DNA of 64,000 bases from the NCBI GenBank assembly GCA_965198235.1, contig OZ240248.1:4832001-4896000 (forward strand), read 5' to 3'. Below are positions 37,977-46,588 of this stretch, one piece after another. The position numbers and the translations under genes were made by a program. Within the stretch, counting starts at the first letter, position 1. Every line of letters starts with the position of its first letter. The notes beneath the pieces were generated by a model. It saw nothing but the letters and a program-made list of their open reading frames with translations. It did no database searches and was not told where the DNA came from. The stretch comes from Candidatus Poribacteria bacterium. GTDB lineage: Bacteria; Poribacteria; WGA-4E; WGA-3G.

Positions 37977-40267
37977 TATGATTCACCTACGGTCTGCGCA
38001 CTTTCGCGGTTCGAGAGAAAACTTTCAAGAAGCATAAGACAGACGACTAAAATAAGCAATTCACCCCAAATCTCCCTGCCGTGTCGCTTAATGTTGTAAG
38101 TATCAGCTGCTATCGCTGTTCCGTCGATTTCCGGATCTGCTGTTGTTTGCGCTCCGATTCGTGCTGCCGCTTGTGCCAGTGGAATCTCTGTTAAGTCAGC
38201 TTCAGTCGTATCAACGTTAACCGCAAAAAAGTCACGTTGGATGCTGTCTTGTGTCCGCACCTCGACCTGATAGATACCGGGACGTTCTGTGCCTTGAAAT
38301 CGCAGCGTGCCGTCTTCGGCGATCGGCACTACTGTATTGTTGTCTGCGTCGGATTCATCAGATGTTAAGGCGTTACTGTCCCATCTATCAACAGTGTTTT
38401 TTAAACGAATAGACACTTTCCCACCCGCACTCCGAGGATAGTGTGCTGTATAGGTATCACCGATATGTCCACCCCATGTTACAAGATTATTGCTGGCAAT
38501 TGATGTGTAAAGCACGCTTTGTTGGAGCATCGGAAGGAAATACGGATTAACGAGTAGGTCGTTTGTGTAATGGCTGTCGGCTATCGGCTGTCGGCTGTCG
38601 GTTAAGAGGTTTTCCGGTGAAGTGACATTCTCTTGCTGACCGCTGACCACTGATTGCTGACTGCTGACTGCCAACAAGCCACAGTTATAAAGCAGCACGG
38701 TACTTGTTCCTTGACTCCGTTCAACAAGAAATGGTGTATCGTTCCCGAAGCGTGCGATAACGTTAGATTCCGCCGAAGGCTGTAATGCGATACCGTTGTA
38801 AAACTGCGGCGCGTATTGCATAGAGAATCCTTCGCTTGGAAAGATGTCAAAGATAGGATGTGTTTCCTCATACGCCTGCACTCGCTGGGGTGGTGTCCAA
38901 GTCAGCGGACTACCAAGTTTGGCAGGTAACCAAACATTATGAGGTTCATTGTAGCTTGTTGGGTCGCTGTGGCTACTCACGAAGGCAATGATACTTTTGC
39001 CTTGGCGGGTGAATTCTTGGAGTTGTGCACTCATCTGGCGCGACATCGTCAGCACGTCTGCAAGTACAATAACATCATAGTCTTCCAACGGAAAGGTTAC
39101 AAATTCATCAGGTGTGCATTGCGTTGGTAGAATCATTACGCCGTTGCTGTTTTTTTTATCTTGATATGTGTTTTCAGAAACCGTGTTTACAGTTGGAAAG
39201 GGCGGAGCAGCAGGGATATGTGGATTTAACGCCAATGTTAGATATTCCGTTTGTTCACCTACACAGAGCACACGCACTTCACCGAGGACATCCAAGGCGA
39301 AATAACGTTGGTTGTCAATATTAAGGCGATCGTCTGTGAGTGTGAGGTAACCGATATGCGTGCCGGGAGTAGAAAAATTGTATGTTAAAGTGGTGTTCAG
39401 CGATTCGTTCGCTGCCACGGAAAAACTCATAGTTTTTTGTTTTTCGCCTCCAATAAAGAGTGTCAGTATATTTTGATTCAAAGGTGCTACTGAATGGTTC
39501 CCAGTCGTCACATTCAATTGAAATGGTAAGTTCACGCCTATTAGTTGATTGGAGGGACGAATTTCTTTAATACTTATGTTATGTGCTTCACCCTCTGCAA
39601 CCGGAATCAGAGAGATGCGAGCACCAGAGCGATTTGGAAGCCTATTCCAGTTCTCCCATCCGTTTTGGGCGAAGTCTGAAATCAAATAGATTTCTTTGTT
39701 CAGTTGTTGTGACTCAGTGAGGATTTCGTGGGCAAGTTCAAGGCTGGGTTGAACATTCGTGGTGCGGTAGGAAGTGTCTGTATCGTTAATCGCTGTGGTA
39801 ACGCTCTCAATGTCGGGCGTGAGTTGCCGAAAGACAGGCTTTGGGGTATCTGACATTAATATAAGGGCGGCTCTATCGCCGTGCCGCAGGGTGCCAATGA
39901 TGTCGGTTGCCAGAGTTTTCGCTTTATCGAGTCTTATGCCATTGATGTCTTGATACACCATACTGTAAGAGTTGTCTAAAACGATAATCACATCTGTCTT
40001 CGCCCGCACGGACGCGACTGGCAATCCGAGTGTCAAAAAGGGACGTGCCAAGGCGAGTGCAATGAGCGCGATAATTGCCATTCGCAGGAGCAAAATGAGA
40101 AACTGACGGAGTTGGAATCGACGTGCATTTTCGCGGTGTGCCGCCGTGATGAATATCAGACTGCTAAAATCAATTGTCACAACACGACGACGGTTCCAGA
40201 GGTGAATGACTAATGGGATACCCGTGGCGAGGAGTCCAAAGAGAAAAAGTGGGTTGAGAAATGCCAA
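37976..40267 (-). CDS. BatA-domain + VWA + Ig/CARDB-like + GATase-like membrane protein
   Basis: FLNPLFL...PLVIHL, LALARP, MIDAS DNSYSM, DDRL..DN, PGIYQV..FAVN, C-terminal TM. Confidence 0.88.
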   Translation of the reverse strand: MAFLNPLFLFGLLATGIPLVIHLWNRRRVVTIDFSSLIFITAAHRENARRFQLRQFLILLLRMAIIALIALALARPFLTLGLPVASVRAKTDVIIVLDNSYSMVYQDINGIRLDKAKTLATDIIGTLRHGDRAALILMSDTPKPVFRQLTPDIESVTTAINDTDTSYRTTNVQPSLELAHEILTESQQLNKEIYLISDFAQNGWENWNRLPNRSGARISLIPVAEGEAHNISIKEIRPSNQLIGVNLPFQLNVTTGNHSVAPLNQNILTLFIGGEKQKTMSFSVAANESLNTTLTYNFSTPGTHIGYLTLTDDRLNIDNQRYFALDVLGEVRVLCVGEQTEYLTLALNPHIPAAPPFPTVNTVSENTYQDKKNSNGVMILPTQCTPDEFVTFPLEDYDVIVLADVLTMSRQMSAQLQEFTRQGKSIIAFVSSHSDPTSYNEPHNVWLPAKLGSPLTWTPPQRVQAYEETHPIFDIFPSEGFSMQYAPQFYNGIALQPSAESNVIARFGNDTPFLVERSQGTSTVLLYNCGLLAVSSQQSVVSGQQENVTSPENLLTDSRQPIADSHYTNDLLVNPYFLPMLQQSVLYTSIASNNLVTWGGHIGDTYTAHYPRSAGGKVSIRLKNTVDRWDSNALTSDESDADNNTVVPIAEDGTLRFQGTERPGIYQVEVRTQDSIQRDFFAVNVDTTEADLTEIPLAQAAARIGAQTTADPEIDGTAIAADTYNIKRHGREIWGELLILVVCLMLLESFLSNRESAQTVGES
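38571..38673. repeat. Family A element inserted in frame in the BatA gene
   Basis: Reverse complement closely matches 12961-13043; encodes AVSSQQSVVSGQQENVTSPENLLTDSRQPIADSH. Confidence 0.92.
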
Positions 40268-40360
40268 TTTTTAATTTATGGGATCCTGGGCTGCCTTCCA
40301 AATGTAAAGCAAAGACAAATTATGCCATTTAAGGCATAATTTCATTTCAGGCAGGTTTCC
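40268..40360 (-). repeat. Family B repeat with 39-nt cassette, abutting the BatA start codon
   Basis: Reverse complement gaaacctgcctgaaatgaaa[cassette]tggaaggcagcccag; cassette identical to that at ~33100. Confidence 0.8.
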
Positions 40361-40573
40361 TGTTAATCCTGTACCTCTTTATTTAAATCGAGCAGGTTTT
40401 AATTTATGGACTTCTAAAGAATAGTTTTAACCATCTACTCGTGCCTTTGGATATTGTATCGGAGACGAGTAGATGGTTAAAGTGCGGGGTGCTCCGTACC
40501 CCTTTAGTAGGCGAGGTTTAGAAACCTCGCCAGCAGGGACCCGACGGCACTACCCGCCCATCGGAGATCGTTT

Positions 40574-42106
40574 CTACGGGAGAATGGTAATTTCAAGTTG
40601 ATTGAGAGTATGGAAAACATCTGCTGCGTATTCCATAAGATTGTCAGTCTCCAGGGTGCTCCCACCGAGTTGAATGTGGTTTGCATCAGCAATAACCTGG
40701 TCCAACGTTGGGTCCATTTGTACCCATTTACCGACGTAGACTTCAGGCCAGAAATGATAATAGAAGGCATCCTTTGCGAATACAATCCCAGAGCAGATTC
40801 GTGCTGGAATACCAGCGGCTCGCGCCAGAGCGATAAATAACACTGTGTGTTCTGTGCAATCTCCGGAGCGCGACTGTAGTGCTGTTAATGACGAAGCAAA
40901 GCCTCCACTCATTTTTTTCTCTTTAATGGAGGCATAAACCCACCGACATAATTTTTCCGCCGCATGCCATGAATTGACTTCGTTTTCCAAGATCTCCACA
41001 GTCTTTGTCTGAATGTCGGGGTGATTGGCTTGAATATAGGCACTTGCGGCAAGGAATTCACCTTCTGCATTCTGAATAGGGAGATTAGGGCAGTCTTCGG
41101 CGACAATTGATGGAACTTGAATTGAAAGTTTACCAGCATGTGCAGTGTTTGCCTCGAGTTTCTGTCGAGGGGTGGACATAACAACTTCAGCAATGTTCCC
41201 TGTTGAGAGTTTCACTTCCGCCTCAAGGTGTTTTGCTTTTGGGATCGGGAGTTTGCCAGAGGGGAGGATACGGGTTTTTAGAACGACATCAACTTCTTCG
41301 ATATTACCAATGGCTGTCTCCTTATCGGTTTTCAGGGTTACCATGGAAAGCCCCATCAACGGCACCTCTGTTCGATAGTTTACGCCGTCGGTGTCAATCC
41401 ACAGTTTTGCGGTAATACCATTCATCATGTCTACTGTCTGTTTCAGAACGTAGACCTGCTTTTCCTCGGACTGATAGGTTAAAGTCTCTTTCCCTAAAAC
41501 CTCAATCTCCGTTTTCACAGGCTTCAGGAGATCGAAAATGAACATGTGAAAGGTCCGTTTATCGCCTGTTTTAAGCCCCTTCTGGGTCAACAGTGATGCT
41601 ACACCTGTATATTCAGAAACAGTATCAGATGGTACGGGAATTTCTGACTCGGTGATTTCACCGTTGAGCGTTGTTTTAACGTGGGCAATTCCATCTACAA
41701 TCCGTCCTTCGATCTGTTTTAAACCAGATTCATTAGAGGTCGAGAGGAAATGAAGCGGCATTAAGTTGGGACCTGTGTATTCAACGCGAGTAATTTCAAC
41801 TGTTATGTCTGTCCCAAGTGCCTTAAAGTTCATAACTATATCGGTTTTGTTCCGAGCCACTTGTTCCCCTTGATACTCGGTTTCTTCAGTAGACGTGTGC
41901 ATATAGCCGATCTTGGTGTTCATCAAGGTGAGGTTATACCAATGTTCTTGCGGATGGTTTAGCATGTTCTCGAATGTGCCTTGTTTTTCGTCCGCGGTGT
42001 CCGCTGGCGTAGCTGCTTGCAAGCCAGTATTAAGAAGTATCGCTGCCATGCATACAAACGCAAAGCAGCGTAGATGATAACACTTCAAAGGCTTTGATAA
42101 TACCAT
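40574..42106 (-). CDS. Secreted transglutaminase-like protein
   Basis: Signal peptide; GDCTEH, RAAGIPAR, YHFWPEV, MDPT (Cys-His-Asp). Confidence 0.88.
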   Translation of the reverse strand: MVLSKPLKCYHLRCFAFVCMAAILLNTGLQAATPADTADEKQGTFENMLNHPQEHWYNLTLMNTKIGYMHTSTEETEYQGEQVARNKTDIVMNFKALGTDITVEITRVEYTGPNLMPLHFLSTSNESGLKQIEGRIVDGIAHVKTTLNGEITESEIPVPSDTVSEYTGVASLLTQKGLKTGDKRTFHMFIFDLLKPVKTEIEVLGKETLTYQSEEKQVYVLKQTVDMMNGITAKLWIDTDGVNYRTEVPLMGLSMVTLKTDKETAIGNIEEVDVVLKTRILPSGKLPIPKAKHLEAEVKLSTGNIAEVVMSTPRQKLEANTAHAGKLSIQVPSIVAEDCPNLPIQNAEGEFLAASAYIQANHPDIQTKTVEILENEVNSWHAAEKLCRWVYASIKEKKMSGGFASSLTALQSRSGDCTEHTVLFIALARAAGIPARICSGIVFAKDAFYYHFWPEVYVGKWVQMDPTLDQVIADANHIQLGGSTLETDNLMEYAADVFHTLNQLEITILP

Positions 42107-42196
42107 GATAGATTAGAGTCCTTCATGAACGCGGGTCAAACAACACAGCTATCACCTGCCATGTGGTTTCTGTATAGTGTCCTATTTGTAATATTA

Positions 42197-42225
42197 ATTA
42201 TACCTGATAGGTGTGCCTATGTCAA
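42197..42225 (-). promoter_or_regulatory. Consensus sigma70 promoter
   Basis: TTGACA-17-TATAAT on the minus strand, upstream of the transglutaminase gene. Confidence 0.75.
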
Positions 42226-42401
42226 GTCCACTGCGAAAGCAGCCAGAGTCATTTTCCCGTAGAAGGGATATCCGAATCCCGACAATATCGACTATCGACT
42301 GACTGTCAGCTGCCATTGCAGGAATGATCCCTGCTCGTGACTTAATAAAAGTGGCAAAAAACTGGAAGGAGTTGGAAGGCGAGTATAGCCTTTCGATGAC
42401 C

Positions 42402-42977
42402 TCATACGCGAGTTGCCATAGCGACCGTGTGGGTGTGGCGCTGTTTGACCTTCTGATAGTTTCCAAATATGTTCAGAAAGTTACGCTTGATGAACTCGCG
42501 GAGTCCTGAAATGGTAACAACATAAAGTCGTCCATTCGGTTTGAGGTGCTGCTTCGCATCAGCCAGAAAAATCTGTAGGAGTTCCTTACCGACGTTGGCG
42601 GGTAGGTTAGAGGCAATTAGGTCGAATCGAATATCGGGGAGATGGCTAAAACCGTTGCTCAGAAGGACGTGACAATTCTGGAGTTGATTCTGTTTCACGT
42701 TTTTACGAGCGTAGTCAACTGCTACGAAATCCTTGTCCACCATATAGATAGTTGTCGTTTGTGCGCATTTAGCGAGAGTGATACCGATGGCACCGTATCC
42801 ACATCCGAGGTCGAGACAGATATCGCCCTCCTGGATGTCCAGATGCTCAATCAACAAGAGTGTTCCTGCGTCAATCGCTTTTGGCGAGAAAAGTCCCCAC
42901 GTTGCAGAAAATGCCAAGGACGTACCGCGCAATTCCGTCCGGAAGTTGACTTCTCGTGGAAAGGAATCTACTGCCAT
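42402..42977 (-). CDS. Class I SAM methyltransferase (RsmC/MTS-like)
   Basis: GLFSP..ID.GT.LL, LDLGCGYG, SNLP. Confidence 0.88.
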   Translation of the reverse strand: MAVDSFPREVNFRTELRGTSLAFSATWGLFSPKAIDAGTLLLIEHLDIQEGDICLDLGCGYGAIGITLAKCAQTTTIYMVDKDFVAVDYARKNVKQNQLQNCHVLLSNGFSHLPDIRFDLIASNLPANVGKELLQIFLADAKQHLKPNGRLYVVTISGLREFIKRNFLNIFGNYQKVKQRHTHTVAMATRV

Positions 42978-43930
42978 TTTATCAGGACTCCGAGTGCATC
43001 ACCGGGAGTATTCCAGAGAAGGTCGAAAGCATCTTTCGCTTCCGTATAGTGGAAGCGATGGGTGATCATCTCAGATGCGCGGATTTCCTTATTCTGTATC
43101 TTTTGCAAAGCACGCGCTGCAATCTGAGAACGGGGTTCGTCCGTTAAGATACCTGCAACGAGACGTTTGCTCATCATCTTTGAGGAATATAAAGGTAAGG
43201 GTCCCTGCTGGTAGAGAGCGATGAGTTGGATAATACCGAACCGACGTGTCATATCTTGTGCCTGCTCAAACGATTTGACCCCGGCGTACCCGCCGACACA
43301 ATCTATCACTAGATCAGCCCCTTTGCCGTCGGTGAGGCCCAAGACTGCTTCCACTGGATCTACTTCCTCAGCATTTATTACCGCATCGGCACCGAGTTTC
43401 GTCGACAATTCGCATCGAAGCGGCAACGCGTCCACGGTTAGAATCCGTTCGGGATTGTAGCCCTGTAGCACTTGCATCATCAGGCTTCCTACCAAGCCTT
43501 GTCCCAAGATGACGATGGTATCTCCAGCTTTCACACCAGACGAGTCTGACCAAGCGACTGCACTGGTTGCAAGCGGGAGGAATGTTCCCTCTTCAAAACC
43601 GACCCCGTCAAGGAGCGGAACGATACGTCCTTCGGTCGTGTTGGGTTCAGCAACGACATATTCGGCGTGTGGTGCTACAACCATGACGCGTTCACCGATC
43701 TGATAATCTTCTATCTCTGCGCCAACTGCATCCACGGTGCCTGTGAGGGAGTATCCCATAATTGAGGGCGAAACTGCCTCTTCTCGGATATAGCGTCGAA
43801 ACAGTTCGGAGCCTCGGCTGATTAACGTCGTGTCTGTCTGTACTCGAACCTGTTGCGCATTGATTTCCGGCATCGGCACCTCTTCTAATTGGATGTTGCC
43901 GAAGCCTTCTGGTTTGGTTACTCGGATCAT
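42968..43930 (-). CDS. Zn-type (MDR) dehydrogenase-like protein
   Basis: LISRGSE, GYS..G.V, GQGLVG, ITHRF. Confidence 0.85.
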   Translation of the reverse strand: MIRVTKPEGFGNIQLEEVPMPEINAQQVRVQTDTTLISRGSELFRRYIREEAVSPSIMGYSLTGTVDAVGAEIEDYQIGERVMVVAPHAEYVVAEPNTTEGRIVPLLDGVGFEEGTFLPLATSAVAWSDSSGVKAGDTIVILGQGLVGSLMMQVLQGYNPERILTVDALPLRCELSTKLGADAVINAEEVDPVEAVLGLTDGKGADLVIDCVGGYAGVKSFEQAQDMTRRFGIIQLIALYQQGPLPLYSSKMMSKRLVAGILTDEPRSQIAARALQKIQNKEIRASEMITHRFHYTEAKDAFDLLWNTPGDALGVLIKWQ

Positions 43931-43953
43931 GTTTTTCTAACCTCCTTTCTTAA

Positions 43954-44073
43954 TGGCTATCAGCCATCTGCCATCGGAAACCATCAGGCACTTGTGGCGG
44001 TTGCAAACTGCTTCGCAGTGAGAACACCTGCCACACGCCCTACTGATTGCTGACGGCTGACTGCCGACGGCTA
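43954..44073. repeat. Family A element overlapping the 3' end of the TolB-like gene
   Basis: tggctatcagccatctgccatcgg ... ctgattgctgacggctgactgccgacggcta; supplies SRRQSAVSNQ* and the stop codon. Confidence 0.8.
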
Positions 44074-45419
44074 TTCCGCAAACGTCTGGCTAAATCCTCA
44101 CGCGTGACAGGCTTGTCGAAAGACATCAGATAGATGTGAAAAGTATCACTCCTGTCTGAAACATACGCGAGGGACCGTCCATCAGGTGAAAAGGCGGGTT
44201 GGATAGACCTGCCGATGTCGCTGGTTATCCGCCGTTCATTTTTACCATCGACATCAATGAGATAAATCTCCCAGTCGCCTTCTCTCGCGGAGACATACGC
44301 AATCATTTTTCCGTCAGGCGACACCGTGGGGTTGTAACAACCATAGCGATTTGGATTGAAATGTTTCTCGTTTTTCCCGTCAATGTCTATGGTATAAAGT
44401 TGGTTTGTCTCGTTTCGAGAGGAGACAAACACAATGCGCTTTCCGTCCGGAAAGAATGCAGGACTTCCGTCATCGGTTTCGTTAAAGGTGATACGTTTCG
44501 GCTCAACGTCTTCCGGTGTGAGTTGTGCCAGATCAAGTCCTGCCAAATCAAGGAGATATAATTCCAGATTTCCATCTACGTTGGATTCATAAACAACCTG
44601 ATTTCCAGCAGGCGATGTACGAGGCACGCGGGCTCCGAAACTCACAGGCAAAACGCATCGCGTTATTTTGCTATGAATATGTGTCACATAGAATCCAGCG
44701 TAAATTGGAGTGGAGCCGCTGCTTTGGATGACAACTTTAACTTCGCGAGATGACTTCGGTTCGCTGCTATAAAATAGATAGTTTAGGGTCGTGAGGAATG
44801 CTGGTGAACTATCGTTGAAATCTGTTGTGAAGGTTACACGGCGTTGGATACGCCCATTTAAGTCCATTAAATAGATTTCGCCGTTGTCAAGTCGAAACGA
44901 TGCGAAGGCAATTTGTGTGCCGTCCGGTGAGAAGGTGGGTGAATAGTTATCTGAATCGCCACGGGTCAACTTCTTTGTATGATAACTGTCTCCCACAAGT
45001 TCGATGATTTTGCGCAGGATCTCGGGATCCAGAGTACTGCGCTGAACGAGTCGGAGCACGCGAAAGGCGGAGCTTCTATCACCGAATCTTAGATAGGTAC
45101 GTGCCAATTCAATCCGTGCTGCAATCCGTTCTTCCGGTTGTGCGGCATAAAGCTGCGAAGCCTTTTGTAACTCCATAACGGCATCATTATAACGCCCCAA
45201 GTCATTGTAGGCTTTCCCTAATAACATCCGTGCCTTCGGATCCTCAGGTGCCGTTTCGATGAAAGCCTCGAGTTCTTCCACTACTGCTTGTGGCGTTCCA
45301 GCGTCCAAGAGTTCTTTACTCTTTTTGAGAACTGCCGTATCATCTTGGCACCCGGTCACTAAGACAACGAGAAGGATGCTACATTGAACTATTATTTTAA
45401 ACGATTTGCCTCTGTGCAT
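44040..45419 (-). CDS. Lipoprotein with TPR + TolB-like PD40 beta-propeller
   Basis: Lipobox VTGC; TPR helices; repeated P.FSPDG..IA(F/Y).S.R.G..EIYL. Confidence 0.88.
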   Translation of the reverse strand: MHRGKSFKIIVQCSILLVVLVTGCQDDTAVLKKSKELLDAGTPQAVVEELEAFIETAPEDPKARMLLGKAYNDLGRYNDAVMELQKASQLYAAQPEERIAARIELARTYLRFGDRSSAFRVLRLVQRSTLDPEILRKIIELVGDSYHTKKLTRGDSDNYSPTFSPDGTQIAFASFRLDNGEIYLMDLNGRIQRRVTFTTDFNDSSPAFLTTLNYLFYSSEPKSSREVKVVIQSSGSTPIYAGFYVTHIHSKITRCVLPVSFGARVPRTSPAGNQVVYESNVDGNLELYLLDLAGLDLAQLTPEDVEPKRITFNETDDGSPAFFPDGKRIVFVSSRNETNQLYTIDIDGKNEKHFNPNRYGCYNPTVSPDGKMIAYVSAREGDWEIYLIDVDGKNERRITSDIGRSIQPAFSPDGRSLAYVSDRSDTFHIYLMSFDKPVTREDLARRLRNSRRQSAVSNQ

Positions 45420-45681
45420 TGTTCCCCTATAAACATGCCACCCCTGCGGGGTTCAGTTTCCAAAAGGTCTGTTCGGTAATTGGAGAAAAACGTTGAACAC
45501 CTGGATCGGGTTGAAATTCACCGAAAACCACTGCGAAACGTAGTGGAGCAGTTTAACCATCAACTCGACTCCGTTATAAATGTTAAAGCACGAGTGTTTT
45601 TGCTTGGGGTTTTTGCTTGGGTGTTTCTGCGGATTTCTTCGATGGTTAACAGATTCCCATAGTTAGAAAACAGAAAATTAA

Positions 45682-46140
45682 TTATTGGCATCTTCTGGTT
45701 CTACGTCTGCCTCTCCACCCATCGCCAACTGCGTAGACCCAACATAAAATACCTTGAACGGACGCACTGATTTTCAGTTTCCAAGAGGGGCGGTACATCA
45801 GTTTTTCCCCATCGTCGAACGTCCAGATGTGAATTGAATAAGGCTCCTGTGCTTCGGAGTCCTCTACCCTATCTGTTGATGTGTGCTTCTTCACCGCAGG
45901 TTTGAACCGCGTTAAATCACGCCACTCAGTTACCGGCAGTGAATTGAGGTAAAAAATACCAATTGCAGAAGCAAAAATGGCAAAAAGGACAATCGCTTTT
46001 GGAAACTGCCCTAAGTACAATTGACCGAGTCCTGGAAGAATTGCAGACAGGACCATCGCAACGAAAGAACAGGCAGCAGGCTTACCTTCCGCACCTCCAA
46101 AATTGCTGGAGGCGACGCGCGTGTTTGCGGGTTCCACCAT
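45682..46140 (-). CDS. Membrane protein (TM2/DUF5683-like)
   Basis: LSAILPGLGQLYLG motif. Confidence 0.7.
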   Translation of the reverse strand: MVEPANTRVASSNFGGAEGKPAACSFVAMVLSAILPGLGQLYLGQFPKAIVLFAIFASAIGIFYLNSLPVTEWRDLTRFKPAVKKHTSTDRVEDSEAQEPYSIHIWTFDDGEKLMYRPSWKLKISASVQGILCWVYAVGDGWRGRRRTRRCQ

Positions 46141-46143
46141 TGA

Positions 46144-46512
46144 TTAAGACTCTCCTTGTGCCACAAGATAGACTCCGATACAGATGATCAGAGCACCTAT
46201 CATACGAATCTTAGGTACAGATTCCTTGAACAACATCCAAGAAAACAGGATTGACAGTACATACCCAGAACTTAACATCGGATACGCAATGCTCAGTTTA
46301 ACACGCGACAGGATAATCAGCCAGACGAGCGTTGTGAAGCCGTATATCGCAATCCCACTGAGGATATAAGGGTTCAGGAACGCCTGTACCAATTTGCCCA
46401 TAGCGTCTCGGAGGCTATTGATACGACCGATCGTGTTCATGCCGTGTTTAAACAAAATCTGTCCTATTACCGTTAGTAAAACGTTGAAGAATAACAGTAA
46501 AAAATCTTTCAT
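46144..46512 (-). CDS. EamA/SMR-like (ArnE/F-type) small transporter
   Basis: GQILFKHG, LSRVKLSIAYP, LFKE; 4 TM. Confidence 0.85.
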   Translation of the reverse strand: MKDFLLLFFNVLLTVIGQILFKHGMNTIGRINSLRDAMGKLVQAFLNPYILSGIAIYGFTTLVWLIILSRVKLSIAYPMLSSGYVLSILFSWMLFKESVPKIRMIGALIICIGVYLVAQGES

Positions 46513-46588
46513 GACTTTATTATATCACACTTATACTCTTTTTATTGCAATTTTTATTTAAGGGGTTCATTTCAGAGGCATTCAGTTT

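Noticed and set aside
42194-42466. 90-aa minus-strand ORF
   Set aside because: Overlaps the methyltransferase end and runs through a consensus promoter; no recognisable motif
45480-45662. 60-aa plus-strand ORF
   Set aside because: Made largely of family B repeat sequence between minus-strand genes
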